62,256 nucleotides of DNA from Dehalococcoidia bacterium (GCA_034430415.1 DAOUEN010000118.1:1-62256), one strand, 5' to 3'. Shown: positions 47,355 to 61,478, counted from the first letter of the stretch. Notes: a model not told the origin generated them from the letters alone. Made by a program: numbers and translations.

Positions 47355-48323
47355 TCAATCCGATAGTATCTTCAGCAAATCTGTGAGCCCAACGTGTAAT
47401 GGCTTTTTCTTTTCCCAGGTATCCTTCAGAGGCGTATAGGCTATTTCTCTATTTATCTCACCTACCATGTATCCACCTTTACCATCCAGCAGGGCTCTTA
47501 CCGCCGCAGCCCCAAGCCTGCTGGCAAGAACGCGGTCTCGGGCCGTCGGCATACCACCGCGCTGAATGTACCCCAGAATACAAACCCTTGAGGCGAACCC
47601 TGTCTTGTCTTTCACCTCTTGGGCGATGCGAAAGCTCTCGCCCGGCTGCTCTGCCTCAGCCACTATCACGATGGCGCTTCTTTTACCTTCTTTGAAGTTT
47701 TTCTCAAGGCGTTGGCTGAGTTCGTCGATACTCATCGGTACTTCAGGAATAAGGAATTCTTCGGCACCGCCGGCAATACCGCTCTCTAAGGCAATGAATC
47801 CCGTATGACGCCCCATCACTTCCACAAAGAACAGGCGGTCATGCGCTGTGGCAGTATCACGAATCCGATCGATAGCTTCCAGGGCTGTGTTGATAGCAGT
47901 GTCAAAGCCTATGGTGTAATCCGTGCCGTAGCAATCGTTGTCTATGGTCCCCGGTATTCCGACGACGCTGACTCCACACTCCTGGGACAGCAGGGTACCG
48001 CCGCGAAAAGTGCCATCGCCCCCGATGAGAATCAGTCCTTCGATACTTTTGTCTTGAAGAGTTTTGATAGCCTTTGCTCGGCCCTCCTTCGTCCTGAACT
48101 CTTCTGAGCGGGCTGTGCCCAGTATGGTTCCTCCCTGGTGAATGATATTGGCAACGGCTCTTCTATCGAGGGGTATCATGTCGCCGCGAATCAGCCCGTC
48201 GTAGCCCCACCTTATGCCGAATATCTCTAAATGAGTGGCTAAGGCGGCACGCACGGCGGCTCTGATACATGCATTCATACCAGGGGCATCACCGCCGCTG
48301 GTCAGAATACCTATCTTTTTCAT
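47355..48323 (-). CDS. pfkA: ATP-dependent 6-phosphofructokinase
   Basis: Contains IGILTSGGDAPGMNA and GIPGTIDND; 322 aa. Confidence 0.92.
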   Translation of the reverse strand: MKKIGILTSGGDAPGMNACIRAAVRAALATHLEIFGIRWGYDGLIRGDMIPLDRRAVANIIHQGGTILGTARSEEFRTKEGRAKAIKTLQDKSIEGLILIGGDGTFRGGTLLSQECGVSVVGIPGTIDNDCYGTDYTIGFDTAINTALEAIDRIRDTATAHDRLFFVEVMGRHTGFIALESGIAGGAEEFLIPEVPMSIDELSQRLEKNFKEGKRSAIVIVAEAEQPGESFRIAQEVKDKTGFASRVCILGYIQRGGMPTARDRVLASRLGAAAVRALLDGKGGYMVGEINREIAYTPLKDTWEKKKPLHVGLTDLLKILSD

Positions 48324-48366
48324 GATAACCTCCTACCTATGAAAGGGAGTTGCCTTGTCTACCTTT

Positions 48367-49551
48367 CTATTTATCCTGCAATATAGCTACTCCCGGTAGT
48401 ACCTTGCCCTCCAGAAACTCCAGCGAGGCCCCGCCGCCGGTGGAGACGTGGGACATCTTATCCGCCAATCCCATTTCAACCACTGCCTCTGTGGTAGAGC
48501 CGCCTCCGATGACTGTGGTAGCCTTTAGGTCAGCCAGAACCTTTATCATGCTGTGCGTCCCATTGGCGAACTCAGGTATCTCAAACACGCCTACTGGACC
48601 GTTCCAGACTACGGTCTTACACTTCTTGAGCTCCGTAGAGAACTCCAGAATGGTATCAGGTCCAATATCGGCAATAGTCCAGCCATCCGGTATCTTTGTA
48701 ACCGGCACGGTCTTAGTGCTGGCACCAGCTTCCAGCTTCGCTGCCACCACTGAATCCTGAGGCAGCAGAAGCTTGGGTCCCTTGGACTTTGCCTTTTCCA
48801 TAAGCTGGCGAACATAATCAAGCCGGTCATTTTCCACCATAGAGTCCCCTACCCTATAGCCCATGCTCTTCAGAAAAGTAGCCGCCATGCCGCCGCCAAT
48901 AAGTAGGGTATCTACCTTATTCATGATGTTCTCCATGACAGCTAGTTTGCCGCTTACTTTAGCGCCGCCTATCATGGCTGCAAAAGGCCGTTTCGGGTTT
49001 TCCAGAGCCCCGCCCAAAGCCTCGATCTCCGTCTCCATCAGGAAACCGGAGACGGTTGGCAGATACTTGGCTACTCCAACTACCGAAGCGTGGGCGCGGT
49101 GGCTGGCGCCGAAGGCATCGTTAACAAAGATATCAGCAAGTTGCGACAGCGCTTTAGCGAAGTTCGGGTCATTGGCCTCCTCTTCAGGATGAAAGCGGAT
49201 ATTCTCCAGAAGCACAACCCCGCCATCCTTCAGCCTGTTAATTGCATCCTCCACCTCGGGTCCGATACATTGTCTCAACGCCTCTACAGGCTTACCCAGG
49301 AGTTCTGACAGCCTTTTGGCTATTGGTGTCAGCCTGAGACTCTCCACCACCTTGCCGTCGGGCCTGCCTAGATGCGAGCAGATAATTACCCGGGCATTAT
49401 GATCCATGAGATATTTAATTGTGGGAAGGCAGGCTTTGATCCGGCTGTCATCGCTGATGGCACCTGCCTTATCCAGAGGCACGTTGAAATCAACACGCAG
49501 GAAAACTCGTTTGCCCGCTACATCTATGTCTTCTGCTGTCTTCTTTCGCAT
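48367..49551 (-). CDS. pgk: phosphoglycerate kinase
   Basis: Contains [12 protein letters not shown]; 394 aa. Confidence 0.93.
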   Translation of the reverse strand: MRKKTAEDIDVAGKRVFLRVDFNVPLDKAGAISDDSRIKACLPTIKYLMDHNARVIICSHLGRPDGKVVESLRLTPIAKRLSELLGKPVEALRQCIGPEVEDAINRLKDGGVVLLENIRFHPEEEANDPNFAKALSQLADIFVNDAFGASHRAHASVVGVAKYLPTVSGFLMETEIEALGGALENPKRPFAAMIGGAKVSGKLAVMENIMNKVDTLLIGGGMAATFLKSMGYRVGDSMVENDRLDYVRQLMEKAKSKGPKLLLPQDSVVAAKLEAGASTKTVPVTKIPDGWTIADIGPDTILEFSTELKKCKTVVWNGPVGVFEIPEFANGTHSMIKVLADLKATTVIGGGSTTEAVVEMGLADKMSHVSTGGGASLEFLEGKVLPGVAILQDK

Positions 49552-49572
49552 TGCCTCCTCCTTGGTTGAATG

Positions 49573-52878
<3,306 letters not shown>

Positions 52879-53733
52879 CTACATGAACTCGTCGAGTAGC
52901 GCTTCAAATTGTGAGGGGTCGATTTTCTGTTTAACTAGCGGCCCTTCCTTTAGAGCCGGAAGCTGCTCCTCATAGACCGGCCTTTCCTTAGTGTAAATGA
53001 GACCGATTGGTATTCGGTCGCCCCACTCCTGTGCCCTGGCAAAGGCCCCTATCTTGTCGCTGGGGTCATACCCTTCGTCTTCCAGCTTATAGATGCGTTC
53101 ACGGTACCACTGGTAGGTGTTCTTGCGGTTGAAAGAGACACAAGGCTGGAGGATATCTATCAGAGAAAATCCACGATGCTCTATGCCCCTCCTCAGAAGC
53201 CCGGACAGGTGTTCGACATCGCCGGCGAAGCCTCTTGCCAGGAAGCTGACCTCGGAGGCTAGAGCTAGAGCAAGAGGGTTAGCCGGTTGGCCGGCTCCCA
53301 GCGGCGTCGTCCTGGTAACAAATCCAAGGTCGCTGGTAGGCGATGCCTGTCCCTTGGTTAACCCGTATACCTGGTTATTGTGCGCCATGTAGGTAATGTT
53401 GACGTTGCGGCGCATTGTGGCCAGCAGGTGGCCGATGCCCTCACCATAGGCACCGCCATCGCCATCTATGCCGATAACGACAAGCTCATGATTGGCAATC
53501 TTTGCACCGGTAGCTGTGGAAAGGGTTCGTCCGTGAAGCCCATTGAAGGCATTTCCGTGTGTGTAGTGCGGAAGTTTCGGCGCCTGCCCGATACCAGACA
53601 CAAAGAGTACCTGGTGAGGCTCCTTTCCAAGGTCTACCAGTGCCTTTCTCAAGGCCTGGAGGATGGCAAAGTTGCCGCATCCCGGGCACCAGGCAATAGG
53701 TACTGACTCCGCATAATCTTTAACTGTAACCAT
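52879..53733 (-). CDS. 2-oxoacid:ferredoxin oxidoreductase subunit beta (TPP-binding)
   Basis: Contains WCPGCGNF and GIDGDGGAYGEG; 284 aa. Confidence 0.88.
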   Translation of the reverse strand: MVTVKDYAESVPIAWCPGCGNFAILQALRKALVDLGKEPHQVLFVSGIGQAPKLPHYTHGNAFNGLHGRTLSTATGAKIANHELVVIGIDGDGGAYGEGIGHLLATMRRNVNITYMAHNNQVYGLTKGQASPTSDLGFVTRTTPLGAGQPANPLALALASEVSFLARGFAGDVEHLSGLLRRGIEHRGFSLIDILQPCVSFNRKNTYQWYRERIYKLEDEGYDPSDKIGAFARAQEWGDRIPIGLIYTKERPVYEEQLPALKEGPLVKQKIDPSQFEALLDEFM

Positions 53734-53735
53734 AG

Positions 53736-55463
53736 TTAGGTGACCTCCTTCTTCATGCGGTCTACAATCTCCTGTGGCGAGAAGGGACGGCCATCAGACT
53801 TGAGAATGGTGCCATTCACCCTGTATCCTGTTTCACGCCTGATCAGGTTCGCCATCTGTGCCGTGGCATTATTCTCAATAACGATGCTCTTGGTGCCCTT
53901 GTTTAATGCTGAGGAGATCGCTTCTGTCGGAAACGGCCATATCTCGCTGATATGAAGCACGTTAACCGGCACCTTGTCTTTTTGGAGCAAATCAGCGGCT
54001 TCTCTTATGGCTCCATACGTACTGCCCCAGCCAATCAGCATAAACTCCGCATTAGGCATCTGGTGAAATTTGGGGCTGTTAATCTCAGTCTTAAGGCCAT
54101 TCTGTTTTCGCAGCCGCTTTAGGTTCTGCTGGTTGCGTGTCTCCGTGTCCTCGATCAGATGTCCTGCTTCATTGTGCTCATCGGAGTCAGTCACTACAAG
54201 AGCTTTTCCTTGCCCTGGTAGGGCTCGTGGAGAGATGCCGGAGTCGGTAACAAGATGCCTCTCGTATTCGGTTATTCTGTTTACTTCCTCATTAGATATA
54301 AGCTCGCCCCTGTCTATCTTCACCTGCTTCAGGTCGAAGCGTTCTACTGTGGCATAGGAGGTTGCAAGGTAATGGTCCGTCAGGACAATCACTGGTGTTT
54401 GATACTTCTCTGCCAGATTGAACGCTTTTATTATGGCGTGGAAAGCCTCCTCAGCCGTGGCCGGTGCCAGTATGGCCCGGGGGAATTCACCGTGACCAGC
54501 GTGGAGAGCAAACCAGAGTTCACCCTGCTCGGTCCTGGTTGGCAGACCGGTAGCTGGACCGGGTCGCTGCCCCAGAACTACCACTATGGGGGTTTCGGTT
54601 ATACCGGCTAGCGCCAGCCCTTCTACCATGAGACAGAAGCCCCCTCCTGACGTGGCGACCATGGCTCTAGCCCCCGCATAACCTGCCCCGACAGCCATGT
54701 TTATGGCAGCTATCTCATCTTCCACATGTACAGCGACGGCATTATACTGCTGACCCTTGTCGGCTATGTACTCCAATATGGAGGTAGCCGGTGTCATGGG
54801 GTATCCAGCAATAAATTTGCAGCCACCGACCATAGCGCCTAGGGCCAGCGCTTCGTTACCATGTAGGAGCATCCTTTTGCTACTTCCGGATACCGGTTGG
54901 ATTTTCTGCCTCAATTGATTCGCACTGTGCTCATGGGCAAAGTCAAATCCAGCACGTGCAGCAACAACATTATCCTCGGCGATCTTTTCGCCATGGTGGG
55001 CGAACTCCTTTCTTAATACAGATGCCAGAATATTGAAATCATATCCGGCAAGTCCCATAGCTGCGCCAACAGCCACAGTGTTTGTCATAAGCTTATTCTT
55101 GACTGTTTCTTCAGCCAGTTTTACGAACGGCACGTTGAAGTAGTTCTCCCCACGAGCCTCAACTTTGGCCTGCTCTTGATCGAAGATGATGACCCCGTTA
55201 CTTTTCAGTTCATTTTGGTGGAGGTCAATCGTCTCCTTGTTGAGTGCCACAAGAATGTCCAGCTTTTCTGACAGAGCCAGTACCTCTCTGTCACTTACTC
55301 TGACCCGGAAAAAGTTGTGACCGCCTCTAACCCGGTTCTCATAGTCCTGGTCAGCAAAGACGCGGAGACCGCCGTGTGCCATCGCCTTTGCCAGGATCAT
55401 GCCAACCGACTGCACTCCCTGTCCCGCTTCCCCACCCGCCATTACGTTGAAATCAATTGCCAT
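53736..55463 (-). CDS. 2-oxoacid:ferredoxin oxidoreductase subunit alpha (gamma-alpha fusion)
   Basis: The N-terminal gamma-like domain MAIDFNVMAGGEAGQGVQS is fused to an alpha domain. GGAGGTGG lies before ATG 55463; the ORF track start is 55505. Confidence 0.85.
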   Translation of the reverse strand: MAIDFNVMAGGEAGQGVQSVGMILAKAMAHGGLRVFADQDYENRVRGGHNFFRVRVSDREVLALSEKLDILVALNKETIDLHQNELKSNGVIIFDQEQAKVEARGENYFNVPFVKLAEETVKNKLMTNTVAVGAAMGLAGYDFNILASVLRKEFAHHGEKIAEDNVVAARAGFDFAHEHSANQLRQKIQPVSGSSKRMLLHGNEALALGAMVGGCKFIAGYPMTPATSILEYIADKGQQYNAVAVHVEDEIAAINMAVGAGYAGARAMVATSGGGFCLMVEGLALAGITETPIVVVLGQRPGPATGLPTRTEQGELWFALHAGHGEFPRAILAPATAEEAFHAIIKAFNLAEKYQTPVIVLTDHYLATSYATVERFDLKQVKIDRGELISNEEVNRITEYERHLVTDSGISPRALPGQGKALVVTDSDEHNEAGHLIEDTETRNQQNLKRLRKQNGLKTEINSPKFHQMPNAEFMLIGWGSTYGAIREAADLLQKDKVPVNVLHISEIWPFPTEAISSALNKGTKSIVIENNATAQMANLIRRETGYRVNGTILKSDGRPFSPQEIVDRMKKEVT

Positions 55464-55528
55464 TGCTCCACCTCCCAAAAAAAGTTGACCGACCAAGATA
55501 TACATGGTCGGCCATCACTTCTTCGATA

Positions 55529-56719
55529 TTAGGCAGCAGCTTCGCTGATGCTCTTATGTTTTTGGGCTATGGTGCTTGCTAACGCATCCAGGGCTTTGAA
55601 GTCTTCTTCATTAGGCAAACCTTTCACAATCACTGGCTCGAGAAGTTCTACCTTGAGATTAGGGATCATATTGATAATCTGCTCCTTGGCCTGACTGCCC
55701 CAACCGTATGAGCCAATGATAGAAGCAAATCTCGTTTTCGGACGCAGGACATTTGCCAGGAAGACAGCATAGGCGACCTTTGGATGAGGCCCAACTAGAG
55801 TGGTAGGTGCGCCAACTACCAGTGTCGCTGCGTCCACAAGCGCCATAGCCAGCTTGCCGATGTCAACCGTCGCCAGGTCGAACTGCTTTATGGTTACTCC
55901 TCTGTTAGTAAGAGCCTCAACAAAGTACTCGACCATCTGGCGTGTACTTCCGTGCATGGAGATATAGGGCAGAACGACAATGTTTTCCGGCGGGTCAAGC
56001 ACCCATTTACGATAAGCTTCAATAATGAATGTCGGCCGGTTATACACGGGTCCGTGGCTGGGCGCAATGAGTTCTATCTTGTAGCCCTTCAGCCTCTCCA
56101 GGTGTTTTTCAATGCTGGTTCGGAAGGGCATCATTATCTCAGCGTAATATCTTTTGGCTGCCTCAAATATCCTTCCCTCGTCGCTAACATACAGGTCAGA
56201 AGTCGCCAGATGCGAGCCGAAAAGGTCGCAGGGAAACAGTATTTTTTCTTCTCTCAGATAGGTCAGCATTGTCTCCGGCCAGTGCACCCAGGCAGCGTGG
56301 ATGAACTCCAGTGTTCTATCTCCAAGAGAAAGTGACTCCTTGTCACCAACCGTAGTAATCCTGTCCTCGGGAACATGCAGCAAGTCTATCAGCAGACCTT
56401 TGCATCTTGGCGAACAGATAACCTTTGCCATGGGATACTTCGCCAGCACTGCCGGTATTGATCCGGAATGATCCTGCTCAGCGTGGTTGGCTACTAGGTA
56501 ATCGACTTGCTTTACTGCCAGGTCATCAAGACGTGATATCAGCACGTGTTCCATGAGAGGATCAACCGCATCAATAAGAGCCGTTTTCTCACTGCCCTGA
56601 ATCAGGTACGAGTTGTAGCTTGTACCATCAGGTAGCGGTATCAGCTCGTCAAACAGGCGACGGTCCCAGTCTATGGCTCCTACCCAGTAGATTCCCGGCC
56701 TGATCTCCCTCGCTTTCAT
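55529..56719 (-). CDS. fprA: flavodiiron protein (FprA family A-type flavoprotein)
   Basis: Di-iron motif NHAEQDHSG in a metallo-beta-lactamase-like domain, plus a C-terminal flavodoxin domain. AAGGTGG lies before ATG 56719. Confidence 0.88.
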   Translation of the reverse strand: MKAREIRPGIYWVGAIDWDRRLFDELIPLPDGTSYNSYLIQGSEKTALIDAVDPLMEHVLISRLDDLAVKQVDYLVANHAEQDHSGSIPAVLAKYPMAKVICSPRCKGLLIDLLHVPEDRITTVGDKESLSLGDRTLEFIHAAWVHWPETMLTYLREEKILFPCDLFGSHLATSDLYVSDEGRIFEAAKRYYAEIMMPFRTSIEKHLERLKGYKIELIAPSHGPVYNRPTFIIEAYRKWVLDPPENIVVLPYISMHGSTRQMVEYFVEALTNRGVTIKQFDLATVDIGKLAMALVDAATLVVGAPTTLVGPHPKVAYAVFLANVLRPKTRFASIIGSYGWGSQAKEQIINMIPNLKVELLEPVIVKGLPNEEDFKALDALASTIAQKHKSISEAAA

Positions 56720-56720
56720 A

Positions 56721-56882
56721 CTAATCCACCTTCTCGAATTTGTCCTTGGCTGCCCCGCAGACAGGGCATACCCAGTCGTCGGGGATATCCTCAAAGGCTG
56801 TTCCTGGGTTTATACTGCCATCGGGGTCGCCCTTTTCTGGGTTATATATATAGCCGCAGACGGTGCATTTGTATTTCGCCAT
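56721..56882 (-). CDS. rubredoxin (53 aa)
   Basis: Not in the ORF track. Translates [53 protein letters not shown], with two CxxCG knuckles. AGGAGG lies 10 nt upstream, and the stop is 1 nt before the fprA ATG. Confidence 0.88.
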   Translation of the reverse strand: MAKYKCTVCGYIYNPEKGDPDGSINPGTAFEDIPDDWVCPVCGAAKDKFEKVD

Positions 56883-57283
56883 TTTGGTTTTTCCTCCTTT
56901 GGAACTTGCCCCACCTTCTTTTCATCAAGATATGTCGCCGCTGCTTTGGGAGTTTTGCCACCCTTGACCTGGTGGTAATAGTCATAGGTCATGCAGACCT
57001 CGTCTGAAATGACATCGGCGTTGACCACCTCGCCCGATCTAAAGCCAAAGCGGCCAATTAAGGTGAGAGGCGTGTCCTGGCAGAGAACAGAGGCGGAAAA
57101 GGCTCTGCTTTGCTTGACAGACTCGTGGGCGAGATTGTTCTTGTTGATGCTGGCAGCGACTGTCGGGGGTTCAGAGGTGACCTGGAATACGGTGTTGGCA
57201 ATTTGACCGTTCATACGGGTGTCCTTTTTCGAGGTTACCATATAAACACCATAGCTCAACTTGTAGAGAGCGTTGATGCTCAT
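56810..57283 (-). CDS. flavin reductase-like domain protein, apparently internally shortened (possible remnant of a high-molecular-weight rubredoxin)
   Basis: [49 protein letters not shown] matches the N-terminal half of the flavin-reductase fold. It then jumps directly to the C-terminal [16 protein letters not shown] signature. The last 73 nt overlap the rubredoxin gene in another frame. Confidence 0.55.
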   Translation of the reverse strand: MSINALYKLSYGVYMVTSKKDTRMNGQIANTVFQVTSEPPTVAASINKNNLAHESVKQSRAFSASVLCQDTPLTLIGRFGFRSGEVVNADVISDEVCMTYDYYHQVKGGKTPKAAATYLDEKKVGQVPKEEKPKWRNTNAPSAAIYITQKRATPMAV

Positions 57284-57360
57284 GGTTTAACCTCCGATAT
57301 TTTACTTGTTCACGTCATCTGGTTACATCCTTATCAGTATTAAGTGCTACTAACTCAGCT

Positions 57361-57389
57361 ATTGTTGAGTATTGGGAAAGCCTTGTCAA
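57361..57389 (-). promoter_or_regulatory. putative promoter of the flavin reductase-rubredoxin-fprA module
   Basis: On the minus strand: TTGACA (57389-57384), 17 nt spacer, AACAAT (57366-57361), about 75 nt upstream of ATG 57283. Confidence 0.4.
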
Positions 57390-57439
57390 ATTCTTGCCAT
57401 ATTGTAAAGATTAGTAATTTGATGGCTGATAGACAATAT

Positions 57440-58186
57440 TTAACGGGCTTTACCCTGTTTGGCCACAGCTTCCATTGCCTTTTCTACCTCTTCAGGATCG
57501 CCTAGGTAGTAGCTCTGCTTTGGTTTCAAATTTTCGTCTAGCTCATACACTAGAGGAATGCCGGTAGGGATGTTAAGGCTTAATATATCTTGGTCGCTTA
57601 TGTTATCGAGGTATTTGACCAGCGCCCTCAGGCTATTACCATGGGCCGATATTAATACTCGTTTCCCTTTCTCTATCACTGGCGCTGTTGCTTCATGCCA
57701 GTAAGGTAAGACTCGGTGCGACGTATCCTTCAGACTCTCTGTTAGAGGTAGGTCTTTTGCATTAAGGTCCCGATATTTGGGATCATTTCCGGGATACCTC
57801 TCGTCTTTCCTGTCCACGCTCGGTGGCTGGACATCGTAGCTTCGTCGCCATATCAAGACCTGATCCTCACCAAATTTAGCTGCGGTATCAGACTTGTTCA
57901 AGCCTTGTAGTGCGCCGTAATATCTCTCGTTTAGCCGCCAGGAGCGGTATACTGGTATCCACATCAAATCCATCACATCCAGTACAATCCACAGGGTACG
58001 TATTGCCCTCTTTAATACCGACGTGAAGGCAACGTCAAAGGTGTATCCTTGCTCCTTGAGAATTTGCCCCGCTTTCTTAGCCTCGGCAATTCCCCTTTCT
58101 GACAGATCCGTATCCGTCCAGCCGCCGAAGCGGTTTTCTTTGTTCCATAGACTTTCACCGTGTCTCAGAAGTACCAGCTTTGTCAT
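57440..58186 (-). CDS. gpmA: 2,3-bisphosphoglycerate-dependent phosphoglycerate mutase
   Basis: Contains [22 protein letters not shown]; 248 aa. Confidence 0.92.
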   Translation of the reverse strand: MTKLVLLRHGESLWNKENRFGGWTDTDLSERGIAEAKKAGQILKEQGYTFDVAFTSVLKRAIRTLWIVLDVMDLMWIPVYRSWRLNERYYGALQGLNKSDTAAKFGEDQVLIWRRSYDVQPPSVDRKDERYPGNDPKYRDLNAKDLPLTESLKDTSHRVLPYWHEATAPVIEKGKRVLISAHGNSLRALVKYLDNISDQDILSLNIPTGIPLVYELDENLKPKQSYYLGDPEEVEKAMEAVAKQGKAR

Positions 58187-58239
58187 ATCGCGCCCTCCTT
58201 CAACCGAAGATGCCTATTATGACACGAAGGCAGTGGATA

Positions 58240-59859
58240 CTACCGCAGTTCGCTAATCAGTCTGGAGATAGCATCTGCGTCATCCCGACTTGCATGTACC
58301 CTGGTTACACGCCGTCCCAGAGATTGTAGAGCCCGCAAGTCTCCCAGAGCTTGAGCATCGGCGAGCACGCCGAAGGAATATGGCCTACCGGGTATAGGTA
58401 CATCTCCTTCGTGGTCAGCGGTAATGAGCAGAAATAGTCCCGTGTTTGGACCGCCCTTGTGGAGCTGTCCGGTCGAGTGAAGGTAGCGCGGCCCATAACC
58501 AAGCGTGGTTGCCATAGTGTGCTTCTCGCCAATTGTGCGGCGGAATTCTGTCATCACGCCATCCATTGCGGGAGTCTGCTGAACATAAGCCAGAACGGCC
58601 AGATAATCGCCGCTCCTTGCTTTTGGTAATAACTCGGCAAGAGACGCTGTGACATAAGTCTGGGGAAGTTCTTCAGTCCTGATATATTCTTGCAGCATGG
58701 CCTCTGTTGCCTGCTTAGCTGCCTGCACGTTTGGCTGATCGAAAGGGTGAATACCTAGAATCGCCCCCGCTACGGCAGTGGCAAACTCCCAGCGGAAGAA
58801 TTCGGCCCCCAACTCATGCTTGTCCTCCATTCCCAGTACAACCAACGGTTGTCCCGAAGCTCTTAGTTTATCTATTACTGCATCAATTACCGAGTTGTCA
58901 TCTTGAGAAACACGCAAACATACAAACAGCCGGTCATCACCATACCGGACTGGTTCTACAAAAGGTTCACCCGTAACTGGCACGATGCCTTTCCCATCCT
59001 TGCCGGTGCTCTCTGCTACTAATTGCTCTACCCATAGACCAAAGCTGCCAATTGATGGAGACGTAAATAACGTTAGTTTATCTAGCCCCGATGAGGCTAA
59101 TGTCCCCATGACGGCTCCCAGCTTGGCGCCTGGGTTTTCTGAAATTGATTTGGCCTCAGTGCATTTTTTTCGCATGCGTTCGGCACGGTCAAGAATTTTT
59201 GGAACGTCAATTCCCATTAGAGCTGCTGGAACTAGTCCGAAGAACGACAATACGGAATATCGCCCCCCAATATCAGGAGGGTTGATAAAACTGCGGCGGA
59301 ACTTCTGCTCCGTGGCCAGTTTGACAAGGGGCGTTCCTGAGTCAGTTATAGCTACAAAGTTGTATCCGGGTTCCTCTTCTCCAAGAGCAGACGCCACAAG
59401 GCTTCGAAAGTACTGAAACAATGTGTTAGGTTCCACAGTGGTCCCAGACTTGGAAGAAACCAGGAACAATGTACGTGCCGGGTTGATGGTTTCCGCTATG
59501 GTCTTTACGCGAGCAGGTACTGTGGAGTCCAGCACGATGAGTTCCGGATAGCCCGCCTCACTGCCAAAAGTCTGCCGCAGCACCTCCGGACCCAGGCTGC
59601 TCCCACCCATGCCGACTAGAACCACATGCCTAAAACCAGTTTCTCGTACTTCGTTGGCGAAAGATTGTAGAGTGGCTACTTGCCCGCGCATTAGGTCAGT
59701 AATAGTAAGCCATCCCAGCCTATCCGTGATTTCGCCGGGATCGGGCTTCCAGACAGTGTGGTCTTTACGCCAGATACGTCCTACTATATCGCGCTGTTTG
59801 AGGTTAGCTAGAGTCGCCTCGACACCGTCAATATAACTTCCAATGTTTGTAATATCCAT
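58240..59859 (-). CDS. pgi: glucose-6-phosphate isomerase
   Basis: Contains the VSSKSGTTVEP motif; about 540 aa. ATG 59859 lies 7 nt after AAGGAGG, whereas ATG 59865 is only 1 nt after it. Confidence 0.82.
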   Translation of the reverse strand: MDITNIGSYIDGVEATLANLKQRDIVGRIWRKDHTVWKPDPGEITDRLGWLTITDLMRGQVATLQSFANEVRETGFRHVVLVGMGGSSLGPEVLRQTFGSEAGYPELIVLDSTVPARVKTIAETINPARTLFLVSSKSGTTVEPNTLFQYFRSLVASALGEEEPGYNFVAITDSGTPLVKLATEQKFRRSFINPPDIGGRYSVLSFFGLVPAALMGIDVPKILDRAERMRKKCTEAKSISENPGAKLGAVMGTLASSGLDKLTLFTSPSIGSFGLWVEQLVAESTGKDGKGIVPVTGEPFVEPVRYGDDRLFVCLRVSQDDNSVIDAVIDKLRASGQPLVVLGMEDKHELGAEFFRWEFATAVAGAILGIHPFDQPNVQAAKQATEAMLQEYIRTEELPQTYVTASLAELLPKARSGDYLAVLAYVQQTPAMDGVMTEFRRTIGEKHTMATTLGYGPRYLHSTGQLHKGGPNTGLFLLITADHEGDVPIPGRPYSFGVLADAQALGDLRALQSLGRRVTRVHASRDDADAISRLISELR

Positions 59860-60083
59860 ACGCATACCTCCTTATGCTCGTGTCTTCCTTTTACTGCATA
59901 TCACACACGGCCACGAAGATTCCCTCTGTATCATCGAGTAAATTCCTCACACTCTACCATCTAGGATAACATAATATAATGCTTCCAATAGAGTGCGTTC
60001 ACTGCCAGTGGGTTGAAATAGATTCACAGAAATATTAACCTGTATGTGACTAGCCGGAGCGATTTGCGGGTAAAAGTGGCACC

Positions 60084-61379
60084 ATGATTTATTGGGCGCA
60101 GCTTTTTCATTTCTATCAACCAGCGACTCAGCTACCTTCCGTGTTGGAAAAAATCTGCAATGAGTCTTATCGACCTCTCCTGGAAGTCTTTCGCGAATAT
60201 CCACAAGCAAAGGCAACAATAAACATCAATGCCGTCCTCACCGAGATGTTGAAGTATTGTGGTCACGATGATGTTATTCAGGGATTAAAGGAATTAGCAG
60301 AGAAAGGGCAGATAGAGATTACCGGCACTGGTAAATACCACCCTATACTACCGCTGATTCCACCTGAGGAAGCAAAGCGGCAGATAGAACTTAATCAGAA
60401 GACGAATGCTTATTTCTTTGGAAGTGCGTACAAGGCCAGCGGTTTCTTCCCGCCGGAGATGGCTTACAGCAGGGATATCATTAAGCCTGTCATGGATACC
60501 GGACATCGCTGGATTATTCTGAGTGGCGTAGCCTGCCCGGCCGACTGGCCGGTAGATACCATCTACCAGGTAGAACTTGATGGAAAGAGGCTAGCAGTAT
60601 TCTTCCGTGACGACCTCCTGAGCAATAAGATCAGCTTTCAAGAGATAGGACCAAAGGACTTCCTGGAACACCTTAAGGGCCTTGGAGGAGACAAGGAGAA
60701 CATCTATGTCGTTACGGCGATGGATGCAGAGACCTATGGGCATCATATCAAAGACTGGGAGGAGTTATTCCTCGCTGAGGCATATGAGGAACTTCAGGTA
60801 AGGAGCGATACGTACGCGCATCTCCAGCAGAAGAAAGTCCTTGCAGCCCAGCATACCAGCCTATTGAAGGCTACCGAAACAGCTGAGCAAGTCCGGGTGG
60901 TAACCATCACTCAACTAATTGACCTTTTCCAGCCTGGTCAAGTCATTGACCCTAAGACGTCATCGTGGAGTACCACCGGTGAAGACATACAAGCAGATAA
61001 TCCGTTTCCTCTGTGGCGGGATAAAGACAGCGAACTACATCGCCTGCAGTGGGAACACACGGCTATATGTATCGAGCTGTGCTCAGCGGCCGGTCGAGTA
61101 GCCGATAACGATCAGAGCAAACACTTTGCGGGGATAGCTAGAGGACTGCTTGACAGAGCTCTGCAGAGCGATCAGTTCTGGTGGGCGAGCCGGAGGCCGA
61201 TGTGGGACATTAACCTCGTCCATATGGGGCTTATCGACCAGAGCAGGGCCATCATCAATGCCTACCGAGCTATAAACATCAGCGGTGCCGACGACAAAAC
61301 CAAGTCTGACTGCTACAGCAAACTGTCATCAGCTCGAGACCTGCAGAGTAAGATAGTTGACCTCTTATTTATGCCATAG
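60084..61379 (+). CDS. glycoside hydrolase family 57 protein
   Basis: N-terminus WAQLFHFYQP and the MDAETYGHH region are typical of GH57; 431 aa. Confidence 0.7.
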   Translation: MIYWAQLFHFYQPATQLPSVLEKICNESYRPLLEVFREYPQAKATININAVLTEMLKYCGHDDVIQGLKELAEKGQIEITGTGKYHPILPLIPPEEAKRQIELNQKTNAYFFGSAYKASGFFPPEMAYSRDIIKPVMDTGHRWIILSGVACPADWPVDTIYQVELDGKRLAVFFRDDLLSNKISFQEIGPKDFLEHLKGLGGDKENIYVVTAMDAETYGHHIKDWEELFLAEAYEELQVRSDTYAHLQQKKVLAAQHTSLLKATETAEQVRVVTITQLIDLFQPGQVIDPKTSSWSTTGEDIQADNPFPLWRDKDSELHRLQWEHTAICIELCSAAGRVADNDQSKHFAGIARGLLDRALQSDQFWWASRRPMWDINLVHMGLIDQSRAIINAYRAINISGADDKTKSDCYSKLSSARDLQSKIVDLLFMP

Positions 61380-61478
61380 CTGTGAACTAGGATAACGACA
61401 CTATAACTGAAAGAGTATGTCTTAGGGAATAATCCTTTATCCGCAGCCTTGGAGCCTTCCAGCTATTGATACCCATTC

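Noticed and set aside
59947-60219. 90-aa minus-strand ORF in the pgi/GH57 divergent region.
   Set aside because: It overlaps the conserved N-terminus of the GH57 gene on the opposite strand and has no SD or recognisable family.
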